Of a DNA stretch of 64,000 nucleotides, positions 11,412 to 22,589 are shown in pieces. Within the stretch, counting starts at the first letter, position 1; every line of letters starts with the position of its first letter. The DNA is from Octopus vulgaris (lineage: Eukaryota), in the NCBI GenBank assembly GCA_951406725.2, contig OX597823.1, positions 117,552,001 through 117,616,000 of the forward strand, read 5' to 3'. The notes beneath the pieces are model-generated. The model did no database searches, was not told the origin of the DNA, and worked only from the letters and a program-made list of their open reading frames with translations. The position numbers and the translations under genes were made by a program.

Positions 11412-13335
11412 TTACTTCTTGTTAATCAACCCCTGGCCAGAGACAAAGGTGCCTGTCACTATACCTTTCGTACGCGTCTTCCATACTGTTTCTTTCAGTA
11501 TGGCTACTACACAGATAAAACAAGCCTTTCTTTCCCTGTTAAGGAAAGGAGGCGGCACAATTTTGATGATAGACTCAGCTGATAGCTGTACTCTTCCCAT
11601 CACTGACAACATTTGTTCGGCAAAAGCTATCAGTCCCGATAACTCCGGACATCCCACGAATGTGTGCAAGACGGTTTCCCTATCCTGCTCACTTCGCGGG
11701 CATGTCGGCGAGACGGCACTTCCGTGCCTTGACAGCTAGTCGTGAACAGGTAACGCCGCACGGAAACACTGCCAGGACAGGGATTTCTGATAATTATCAG
11801 ATACCTCGGCCCGAACATCCCCCGGAACAGGTTGACCAACTGATTTTCATCGTAGCCCAGGGTCTCCCTCAAGGCGTCTTCTGACATAAATTCCACTAAC
11901 CCACTATAGAAATCCATGGTGGAACTCCTGTTGCCCGCCTGAGAGAGTAGATGGAGCACCTGACGGCACTCCAAATGCCATTCACCCAGTTTAGGTCTCC
12001 GCTTGATCCATGCACCGATGTCCATTAGGGATGTTAACTGGGGAAGGTAGAACCGGACGTGCGGTGACCACACCTGCTCTCCATCCAAGTAAAGCCAGAG
12101 GTGCCTCAACCTTAACGTGAGTTTTCGCATCTTCAGCCAAGGCATCCCTAGCCCACCCTTTAGCGGTTTCTGGCAGCAGACAGAGCGCTTTACAAGTGGC
12201 TTTCCTCCTTTCCACAAAAAGCGGAAAAGGATTCTCTCCAACTTGTTCAGCCACAAATCGGGGCAAGGCACCACGGTCAGACGGTAGGTGATTACTGATG
12301 CTATAAACATCTGCACCACCTCCGCCTTCCCTAGCAGGGATAGCGCCTGCCCAGACCAGGTCTGGGTTAGAGCGGTCACCCTGCTGGCCACCTCACTCCA
12401 ATTTTTCTCTATCTGGAGGTCTGGACCAATCCAGATGCCGAGCAGCTTAACAGGACCTTCTATCCAACGCCCCATGACGTTATTGGACGGCATCGGCTTG
12501 CCCCTCCAGGTGCCGAGTTGCAAACTGACCGACTTGTCCTTGTTAACCTTTGCTCCTGCCACCGCCTTGTAGCTTTTGATGGCCTCTTCCACCACTGGAA
12601 GCTGGCCTTCGTCTGCCACGATGATGGAGGTGTCATCCGCATACGGCGTAGCTCCTCTTCCATACCATAGATCATGTGGCGCACTCCCTAGTGCCTCCAA
12701 CTTCTGCAGCAGAGGCTCAAGAGCCAATACATATAGAAGCGGGGACAGGGGACACCCTTGACGAACTGAACGCTCGATCCTGAACGGCTTCGAAAAGAAA
12801 CCGTTCACCTTGACTACAGACTCGATGTCGCTATACAAAGCAGCGATCTAACCTCGAAAGGTCAGGCCCAGGCCAGCCTCCCCGAGGACCACTGCCAAGT
12901 ACCGATGGTCGACCCTATCCAATACTTTAGACTGGTCTAAATGCACCAGTGCTCCCCCTGCGCCAGAAAGCTTCCCTACCCTCTCTAAGGAGTAGGATAT
13001 AAGGTGGAAATTGTCATGGACCGTTCTGCCCGGGATAGCGCACGTTTGCACTTCCCCGACAAGTTTGTCCACGACCCGTGCCAACCTTTTCGCTAGCACC
13101 TTGGCCAAAATCTTTAACTCTGTGTTCAGCAGTTATGGGCCTGAAGTTCCCTATCTCATCCCCCTTGCTTGGGTCCTTCCTGATCAACATCACCACCCAC
13201 CAGCTCGCAGACTTGGGAATTCTCCCATTCTGCTGCCAGTTGGCGTAGACGCTAGCCAGCAGGTGCCCGAACAAGTCTGGCATACTTTTATAAAACTCAT
13301 AGGGCAGACCATCGAGACCCAGCGACTTCTCTCAT
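11412..13335 (-). pseudogene. L1/Tx1-clade ORF2 fragment: reverse transcriptase plus C-terminal Cys/His region, no APE endonuclease
   Basis: KSxGLDGLPYEFY, FRPITLLN-ELKILAKVL, LDQSKxxDRVD, VRQGCPLSPLLY, YADD, GGLG, CPR..ETVLHTFVGC. There are several stops and frameshifts. The ORF-track piece 11630-12838 is the core. Confidence 0.95.
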
Positions 13336-14492
13336 TTGTATATTTGTCTCGAGTATCATACTCAATTAACACGAGTTCGTCTTTTTCGTCCTTTTTTTCT
13401 GGGCCAGTTGGGCGGGATTTTCTTTTCGGTGTCTGTGGTGTGTCATCGTTTTTATTATTTTTTGTAGGCGATGTGGACGGGAATAATGCACGAGTTCTTT
13501 TACGAACTATCGTAAATTCCCCTTCTGATACCTCCATGGTATCGTCTGGGGTAGCTATATTTTGTTTAGCCGCCGCAATTTTTAAGGGGGTGGGAGGTTT
13601 TAATAATGTAGAGGTTTGTGTGTGCAGGGTCTGGGTTTTTTTGTCAGTTTGTTTTGGGGTTGGCACCGTAACAGTGGGAGTGGGACTTTTTGTTTTTGTA
13701 GGGGTAGGTGAGTTTGCAAGGGTAGGGATTTTTTTATTATCTGAGGGGCCTGGTGTCTGGTTTCTTTTGATTGTCAGGACAGTCCACACGAATGTGGCCC
13801 TTTTTGCCGCAGGCGTAGCAGGTGGGTTTTCGGCCTTCGACCTGTACCCTGAGGGCCACATTCTAGCCCATGAGCACCCTCTCAGGAAGGACCTGCAGGT
13901 CCTCCTGTGTCCTTTGGATTATTACATTAATGCTCCGCCGAAGCCAATTTTCAGGGGAAGAGCATGTTACCTGTAATATTTTGATTTTGTCCGCCCTCTT
14001 ATATAACAGGGCGGCCACTACCTCTACAAGATCTACTTCTGGCGGTACTTCTGCAATCTTGACTCGGGACGTCCTACGTCCCCTATAGGTCGGCAGAAGT
14101 ACCACCTCCTTAGTTTTTAGGGGACTCACGGAATGCCTGTGGGCCACCTCTTCCCCCGAGAAGCAGACCTCCCCTGGCGACGTACACCATGTCCTTCCAA
14201 ATCGGGGACAGGCATTTTTCGATAATATTCTTTTCAAAGTGTTTGAACCTTCTGCTTTGTGGACAGAAGGTTTTAAACACTACGGTCCGCTTCTCGGTCT
14301 CTACGATACTAGAGGAGGGTGATATTTTAACATCACCACCCTCCTCTTTCATTCTTTTAAATAGCTTGACGAGCTGATTAACATTAATGTCAATGTTCTC
14401 AGTTGCCGCAATTTTTTTTTATCTGTGTTGGCACAGCTATCAACGTTGCTCTCCTCAAGAGCACACTTTTCATGAATAATCTCAACAGACAT
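13335..14492 (-). pseudogene. Retrotransposon ORF1 (RRM-like region plus CCHC zinc knuckle), frameshifted
   Basis: ATG at 14492 (MSVEIIHEK..), EKRTVVFKTF, LLPTYRGRR..VPPE, VEGRKPTCYACGKKGHIRVDC, then a Pro/Thr/Lys-rich tail. Confidence 0.88.
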
Positions 14493-14929
14493 TATTCTGT
14501 TGAAATTAGTTATACACAAAAATTACAAATACAAATATTGCTTTCCCACAAAACTGGGAAACCTATAAAAAGTTTTCCTCCCAAAGCAGTTCAAAAAGTA
14601 GTTCAATTCCCACCCCCATTCGGGGAAGGGGCACAAAAATAGTCTAGCAAGACTATATACAGTCACGAAGATGTTATAAATAAAAAAAGCCACAATGGCT
14701 AACAGTTCAACAATAACAAATTATCCAATTATTCCCCGGTAAAACCAGGGAACAAGACAGTTCAACAACATTCAAAAACAAATCTTCAGTAATAAAATCT
14801 AACAAGTAATCCAGATGGTACGAAGTAATAGTAACAACACAGCAAAACTCTTACCGAGAAGAAAAACACATCCAAACCATAGTAAGGTAAGCAAAGCTAC
14901 TCTTCAGTCAGTGAGGGAAGCAAAGCTAC

Positions 14930-16888
14930 TTTATTTTATATAATTTGCCACTAGGGCAGCACACAGAGTAGTAGCTACGGGCTGGACAAGGACATTAATG
15001 GATGATGGTGGTGGTGGATGAAGATGGTGATGGGAGAAGTCGAAAGCGCCCGCCGACTTTCGCTTCTCTAAAACAATGTTTCAATAAATACATTTAATAA
15101 AATGTTCACAATGATTCAAATTACATAAAAAATGTTCAACAATTCTTCTCGTCAGGTCCCCGAAGCAAATTGTCTTGCTGCCTGCAGACAACTCTGCAAC
15201 GACAAGTCGGGGCCTGCAAAGAGAAAGGTAAAGTCATTCTTTTCAAAGGTCTTTGCGACCCTTGACAAAGTATCTTCTGTTACTTTTTCCGCAGCTACCC
15301 GCGGAGGCCATAACGGACTCCTTGAGCCGACCGTGCCCTTACGCTCTCGGTCACCCAAGCCATTCAAGAATCTTTCCACTTCCTCTCCCTTGTGGTAAAG
15401 GAGGAGAAGCATCTCCTCTTCACAGGGAGGGACCTCACACTGCTCCGTCAGTGGCACACTTCCTACTGGCGGAGCCTTGTCCGCGGGTGGCACACATCCC
15501 ACCCGCGACTCCGTCGGCAACACAGAAACGTCAGTCGTCCGACCTCTCCTTTTTCTCCTCCTTCTTTTGGGGGAGACTGCTGACCCAGGGGACTCCATCA
15601 CCAGACACGGGGGATTGCTATCCCCCTTCGCCCCCTGAGCGTTCTTTGGCGGGCAACCATTGTTGCTCGCCTTTCTCTTTCTTTTCGTGGAGGCAACCTC
15701 CTCCACGACTTCCATCGTCTCCCCCTCCAATGAGGGGGCGGCGGGCGCCTTTTCCCCTCTCTGCTCCGGGGCACCACCATGGCCCCTGGGACAATTCTTC
15801 CTGATATGTCCGGGCTTCAGGCATAGGTGACACTTGGGGGGTCGACCCTCGAGTATCACCGGGTACCTGTGCCCAGCCATTCTCAGGAAGTCCGGGAATT
15901 TCATTTCTCCCACGGCTACCGGTGTCCACAGGGTCAAAGTTGCCCTCGACCCCTGCCAGGCGACCGCGGGAGCCACCTTCACACTCAGCAGTCTGGGTCC
16001 ACGCCGGATGGTCTTCTTGATCCATTCCGCCTCCGTGCCCGGGGGCAGCCCACACATCCAGGCTCTCTTCACTTTTCTGCCACAATACGAGGGGAGGAAC
16101 AAAATTTCCTCTCCCTCCAGTGGCTCGCTAGCAAATCTGCTAGCTTCTTCGGGGTACCAAACAGCAACCGCACCGTTGCAAATTTAGTCCCCCGAGAAAT
16201 AAATTTTATAGTTGGCAGGTAGTCCCCCAACTCTTTCTCTATAGTATTCCTGTCGAAGAGGGCAATGGCTCCACGCGACCTAGAATAGGTTCGTAGGACC
16301 ACCGTCCTCTTCTCAAGACTTTCAATCCACTGCTTGGGTGGGACGACCTCCCATTCCAAAGCGGTGGTTTCTTTTGTTGCCATGTTTTTTTGTTTTTTTT
16401 TTAAATAAATGTATTTAGAATAAAACTAAAAAAACAAGAAGAAAAGGAAATCCGAAGAAAGTCACAATGAAAAAAGGAGAGAGTCAAATAAAGTTAAAAA
16501 GAAAGTCAAAAACACAGCAAAATCCTTTTGGCCATTTGGTACTCCCGGCCTAAATCGAACCAGGATCGCACAACTTCCACATGAATTGGTGTAAAATTGG
16601 TAGTTCTTCACAGTACAATGCAATTCTCACAATTCGAAGGCGGATACGCCCCCAAAAATTTTCTCAGCGAGAAAAATATATTTGCCACATGTCGGCAGAA
16701 TCAGAATTCTGAATCCAGTAGGACTTCCTGCATGTAAAAATAATTCTCAACAAAAACTCCCACTGGACCCAGAAAACAGAATCTTACCTTACATTGGGCT
16801 TCCAAAGTTTTCAATTCAAGACGGCTTCAAAAGCACATCTTCACTGCTTCAGTGGCAAACACAACACTGACTCGCACATGCGCAGTTA
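14930..16888 (-). mobile_element. Tx1/L1-type array unit 1: ~1.96 kb ORF1-only (HAL1-like) non-autonomous retrotransposon
   Basis: ~500-nt 5' UTR, a single ORF1 and a ~220-nt 3' UTR ending TGCCCTAGTGGCAAATTATATAAAATAAA. Flanked by duplicated AAGTAGCTTTGC. Confidence 0.85.
15152..16383 (-). pseudogene. ORF1 nucleic-acid-binding protein (~410 codons, one frameshift near 16150)
   Basis: Joins ORFs 16069-16383 and 15152-16102. Contains the knuckle VILEGRPPKCHLCLKPGHIRKNCP (CX2CX4HX4C) and basic KRRRRKRR tracts. Confidence 0.9.
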
Positions 16889-16918
16889 GCAAAGCTACTT
16901 ACCACACAGCCACTCCTG
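16889..16918 (-). mobile_element. First ~30 nt of a SINE-B head (insertion target of the array)
   Basis: AAGCTACTTACCACACAGCCACTCCTG is identical to the SINE-B heads at 46708-46734 and ~58967-58993. Confidence 0.9.
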
Positions 16919-16920
16919 AA

Positions 16921-17285
16921 TCCATGTGGTCATGGATTCAACTCTCTTCTACTAGAGCCCCAGACCAATCAAAGCCTTGAGAGTGAATTTGATAGACAGA
17001 AACTGAACGAAGCCTAGCATATCTCTCTATCTATCTATCTATCTACATGCATATATCTGTATGTGTGTGTGCATATTTATGTTTGTCTGCCACCACTGCT
17101 TGACAACTACTGTTGGTTTGTTTATGTCCTATAACTTAGCAGTTGAGCATAAGAGACTGACAGAATAGGCACCAGGCTTTAAAAGCTAAGTACCAGGGTT
17201 AATTTGTTCAACTAAACCCCTTCAAGCCAGTGTCCAAATATGGCTACAGTCCTATGACTGTAACAAGTAAAACATTAAAAAAATA
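16921..17285 (+). mobile_element. SINE family B, diverged, lacking its head
   Basis: Collinear with 5790-6200. Confidence 0.8.
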
Positions 17286-17830
17286 AAATATATCTATTTC
17301 AGACATATCTACAAATTATCAGATTTACAGAGGGAAGAATGGACATAGAATTATGTTGAATCCTTATGTCAACTAAGATCATTAATAACATAAATGAAGA
17401 ACATGGTAACAGCTAAGAATTGAAACTGAACTTCAGTATCGACTCACCAGAATCTTATCGCCACTCTATGATTGCTTGCTACTCTCCTAACCTACTTCAA
17501 GTTTAGCAGAAGGTAAATGATTTTATTCTCTATTGATTAAACAGAAGACATGCAATTTTAGATAAATGTGCTGAAATCTTACTTTATTTACTCAACAGAA
17601 AATGTCCATCAATATTTGAACCCTTTGTCACAATTTTTCAAATAAAAAGAAGGCAAAGATGACAATATGGTGAATATGACAAGCTGCTACTTCAAAGTTG
17701 AGTATTTCTTCAGAAAACCAAATTTTTGACGATTTCCAAGTAGAAATTATATCAATAAGATTTAATCTATTTAGTTTCATCTAGAATAAAATATTTTATT
17801 GAAAACTTACTTCCTATGTAAATATTTATT

Positions 17831-17832
<2 letters not shown>

Positions 17833-17880
<48 letters not shown>

Positions 17881-18045
17881 CTGTGTGGATATACATATAT
17901 GTGGCATGTCTGAATATACATGTATTTCAAGTGTCAATACATATGCTTCTATGTATGTAAATACATATGTCTGCTTGTATGTGAAAATCCGTATGTATGT
18001 GTGTGTATGTATTTATGTATGTGTGTGTGTGTTTGTGTGTTCCTT
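17833..18045. repeat. (GT)n and degenerate (TATG)n
   Basis: Direct reading. Confidence 0.9.
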
Positions 18046-18667
18046 ATGATAAAACAAAGTAAATACAATTTTCACTGAAGGAAAGAGGAGTTTAACATTT
18101 CATTCCTAATTTCATCAAATAATGTGAGGAAGTGTGATTTCCCGAGAAATTGAAATAGTTTCACAACCAACACCATCATCAGCATCATTACTGTTGTTGT
18201 TGTGATTCTTCTTCTTTTCTTCCTCCTCCTCCTCCTCCTCCTCATCCTCCTCATCATCATCATCATCATCATAATTGCTATTCAACAAACCGTACTGCTC
18301 TGCTTATGGTGAAGCTGATAGGTGTAGTTTTCACGATGATCATGATGATGATGATGATGATGCCAGCAAGAACAGCATCGACAATAATAATGTCGACGCT
18401 ATAGTAGACAATTGGCATCCATGTGGAGTATTTACATGCGAAAAGTAAATACTCTGGCAATATGTATGGCAGCAGGTTTTATATTTGAATTGAAATATTA
18501 GAAATTTAAACACACAAGACATTTTACATATATACACCTATATAAAATGTAAATATACGTTTACTCACAACAATATCTATCAAGCCATCTCTCTGTCTCT
18601 CTCAATTACTCTTCTATCTCTCTCTCTATCTCTCTCTTTTTCTCTCTATCTATATATATTTGACTAT

Positions 18668-18880
18668 ATGTGTGTGGTTAGAAGCTTGCCTCTTAACACC
18701 ACATGGTTCCAGGTTCAGTCCCACTGTGTGGCAACTTGGTCAGGTGTCTTCTACTATAGCCTTGAGTCGACCAAAGCCTTGTGAGTGGATTTTGTAGATG
18801 GAAACTGAAAGAAGCTCATCAAACATTTGTGTGTGTGTGTCATTGTGTTGGTGTGTTTATGTCCCCATAACTTAGCAGCA
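18668..18880 (+). mobile_element. SINE family B, partial
   Basis: Head and body match 5765-6065. Confidence 0.8.
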
Positions 18881-18934
18881 GCACTGGCAGCAGCATGACA
18901 GAGAATTTTGAGAATTTTTGAGAATATATATGTG

Positions 18935-19200
18935 AGGACACATGACCTAATGGTTAGTGTGTTGCACTCGTAATCACAAGATTGTGGTTTCAATTCCTAG
19001 ACCAGGTGGTGCATTGTTTTCTTGAGCAAAACACTTCATCATACTTTGCTCTGCAATCACTATGACACCTGACACACTGTGCAATGTCAATTTAATGGCA
19101 AGAGTGAGCCAATGTAGGGCACATAAACACTGTAAACAAATTATTCATACAGGTTGCTCGGCAAAAGCTGAACACTCATATTGTCTTTGATGGGAGAGGC
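18935..19200 (+). mobile_element. tRNA-derived SINE, a distinct family (C)
   Basis: A-box TGACCTAATGG and B-box GTTTCAATTCC, followed by the SINE2-typical TCTTGAGCAAAACACTT..TTGCTC. Confidence 0.7.
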
Positions 19201-19204
19201 CATC

Positions 19205-19431
19205 ATATACATACATACATACATACATATATACATACAGACATACATACATACATGCATGCATGCATACATACACATATACATACATACATACATACAT
19301 ACATACATACATACATACATACAGACATGCATGCATACATACATACATACATACATGCATACATATATAAATACATACATACATACATACATATATAAAT
19401 ATATACATACATACATACATACATACATACA

Positions 19432-19462
<31 letters not shown>
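19205..19462. repeat. (TACA)n microsatellite
   Basis: Direct reading. Confidence 0.95.
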
Positions 19463-19464
<2 letters not shown>

Positions 19465-20099
19465 GATGGCTGCAAACTCGTGTTTGAGTATTGCTATTGC
19501 CTATAAAGTCCCACACATGCAAAGGCTATGACGAGCCATTTTGTGATAGGTCTTACTTTTTTTTTCAAGCAATGCCTGTGGATGATGATTTTTTTTTATA
19601 GTGAGGAAAGGATTTGCACAAATCCAATCCCACTCTCTGAACATGGACAACATAAACTCACAAAAAAGTACAAATCTACATCATTGAATATTGTCAGTGT
19701 CGCAGGTTTTCTTTCAGAGTTTTCCTTTCCTAGAGAGATGTTGTAACAAGAACTGAAGGACCTCCCACTCCCAGTGGGCCAACTGTGTGCCTGGACACCA
19801 GCCCAGGTATTTTCATGTCCCTGCACATACATACATGCATGTATACACATATACACATATGTTGGATGGCTGTTGACAGCTCATGTACTCTTCCACCCAT
19901 TGACAGGTCTTATTTTTTTGTCCTGTAGGGTGGCCAGCAATCACCCTCCACACCAAGCAAGGTTGGTAGGGTTGCCAGTTTCGTCTCCGATAACTTGAAC
20001 ATGCAACAAATTCTACTGGGTTACATGTTACTAGTAGTACCCAAGAGCAACCTGACATACATACGCATGCATACATGTACATACACACACACGTGCACA

Positions 20100-20245
20100 C
20101 CATCATCATCATCATCATCATTATCCTCTTTTAACATTCATCTTCCATACTGGTATGTGTTGGATGGTTTGACAGGATCTAAAAGGCCCAGATTGCATTA
20201 TATTCCAATATCAGCTTTGCATTGTTTCTATGACTAGATGCCCTT
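20100..20245 (-). mobile_element. RTE-tailed repeat (family D) 3' end with a (GAT)n tail
   Basis: Matches the reverse complement of 56045-56180. Another copy lies at ~20720-20900. Confidence 0.65.
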
Positions 20246-21059
20246 TGAGAATATCATGACTATAGAGAATGGGTAGTGTTGAAGGGTAGAGATCATGAAT
20301 AATATATAAGGGTAGAGGGGTGATCAATATGAGATAGAAGCAGGTAGAGGAGAGTGGTGACCGTGGGGATGAAGAATAGCAGAATTGTACTAATAATACA
20401 GTAGACATAGGGAGGATGGGAGGAGGAGGGAGGTTCTATGAGAGAGAAGGGAGAGGCATAGTGCATAGGAAGAACGAGAGATGTAGTTGAGAAAGGGAGA
20501 TAATTTGATGCAAGTGAAGGGTGATCAGTATAAAATGTGAGTGGAGAGGGACAAAAGTAAAAAGTGGTTCTAGAAAGTGAGAAAGATTGTGAAATATGCA
20601 AAGAGAAAACTGCAATTTTGAAGGTAATGGAGTGGGGACAGGGTTGGAGAAATGATGGACGTCAGAGAAGACTTGAAGAAGAAATTGGGCAAGGGGTCAG
20701 GGAGTGAATATATCTTCACTATCATCATTGTCGTTTAACATTCATCCTTTACATTATTGATAGGTTGGACTGGATCCAGTAGCCTGGAGGACTTTGTTGA
20801 GCTCCAATGTCTATCTACTTCTGAATGGATGTCCTTCTTAATGCCAACCACTTTACAAAGAGTACTGGGTGCTTTATTTGTGTCACTAGCAGTACTGGAA
20901 CAAGGGCAAGCACACCCCACAACTCAACTAAATTGGGGTGTAGTAGTGAAGGAGGCAGTTTCATGCCATGTGTTACATAAATAGGTAGATAGGTTGGTAG
21001 GTATATGTATATATGTTGTGTTTCTAGAATCTCAGTTTCACTAAAATCCACAGCTCTTC

Positions 21060-21520
21060 TCAAGCACCACCACATGTCTCCAATCATTTCGATCCATTGT
21101 CATTTTCTCTGTGAGGCTCAAATTACTTAGATTAGCTTTCAAGGCTTCACCCCAGGTTCCTTTCTTCCACAAGTTCCATCCACTTTAAGTGATTGGTACT
21201 TCTTTATAGAACTATTCTCATCCATATGCATCACATGTCACAGCCTCATTTCTTGTGCAGTACATTAGATACTTCTTATGCCCTATTTTTCTAAATACAT
21301 CTAATAAAGTATGCAAGATTCATTTGCTGTTGTATGTCTGCTGCATGCAGGACCCATTTTTCACCACTATATAACATTATAGTTCATACCCAAACGTCAT
21401 ACAATCTACCTTTCAATCTGAGAGAGAAATCATTTATTTCCAACAAAGATAAAAACTCTCAGAACTTGCTCCATCCGGTTCATATTCTAGCAAATATACT
21501 TTCAGAAATCCTCCTCTTTG
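21060..21520 (-). mobile_element. Degenerate RTE LINE ORF2 C-terminal fragment
   Basis: Minus strand shows HVMHMD.. and G.C.R..P.. remnants similar to the piece at 55680-55780. Confidence 0.5.
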
Positions 21521-22109
21521 CCACTGGAGACCTCCATTGGCATACTACCCATGGTGAAACCAATTAGTAATTTGGCTGTTATGATGCTATAATGTATTTT
21601 ATCAATAAAATATCATCTTCATTTTAATGTCCACTTTTCCATGAAAGATTGGAAAGAAAAAACAAAGCTTGTACAATAACGACATTTATTTATATGAGAC
21701 AAGGAGACACATACACATATACATGCACAAACACACACTCATACATGCGATTGTGCACACACACACACACACACGCTCATGCACAATAGTCTTCTTTCAG
21801 TTACCATCTACCAAATCGGCTTCCAAAATTTTGGTCTGTTCAGGGCTGTAGCAGAAGACACTTGCCTAAGATACCACACAATGTGATCAGATAGCAAGCT
21901 TGAAACCATGTGATTAGTTATCAAGCCATTTAACCATACAGACAAGCATGCATATACGCATGTAAGTGTGTGTGCGTGTGTTGGTCATAGTTGTTATTTA
22001 GTGTTTATGTTATGTTCTCTGGAAGGGAGATCATTTCAACCTCATGGCTTTATTTTCCATTTGACTGTATGATATTATGTCTTCTATGATAGCCAACTGA
22101 AGACATATA

Positions 22110-22589
22110 CCATAAATCCTCAAGTATAGTCTGCCCTTAAGTATAATACGCAGGGGATTTTTAGGGAGCTGTAACTCTGAAAAACCTAAACCTTGTGTAT
22201 AATACGCACCCCTTCTCTAACTTCAGTCAAGGAAGTCTATATAACGTCCTTGGTTTGTAAAACTGTATACAGTAACATCCTTTATTATTATTGTACATAT
22301 AACATAATGCAAACGTGTAGCTTTTTTGTGCATTTTATTAATAGAAAATAAAGAAATAACAATAATAACGTTTAATAAATGTTGCTAACTGCAAGTTATG
22401 GATGATTTAAGGTATTTTCGCGCCCGACATCACAAAATGCATCTGAATAAACATTGCTGGACAGCAAATAGAGACTCGGACATTGCTTAGGAAATAATTT
22501 TCCTTTTTAACCTCGTATATAATACGCACTAGGGATTTTGACCTTTAAATTTTGGGGAAAAAATGCAGATTATATTCGAGGATTTACAG
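22110..22589. mobile_element. pogo/Tc1-mariner-type MITE (TA TSD) nested in a SINE
   Basis: TIR CCRTAAATCCTCRAGTATA with TA flanks. A second copy lies at 47118-47630. Confidence 0.9.

Larger units (their letters stand above)
11200..14885 (-). mobile_element. Tx1/L1-type array unit 2: 5' UTR, ORF1, RT-zinc-finger fragment, 3' UTR ending in AATAAA
   Basis: Bounded by target-motif copies at 14886-14901 and 11186-11201. The 3' end TGCCTAAATGGCAAATTATATGAAATAAA is shared with unit 1. Confidence 0.88.

Noticed and set aside
13011-13976. 321-aa plus-strand ORF and other overlapping ORFs at 11.4-16.2 kb
   Set aside because: They are antisense shadows of GC-rich ORF1/ORF2 with no recognisable motifs, and this one crosses the chimeric junction.
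11186-16900. Recurrent GCAAAGCTACT motif as a CRISPR-like or att-site repeat
   Set aside because: Spacing is kilobases and each copy follows a retroelement A-rich end. Target-site duplication explains it better.
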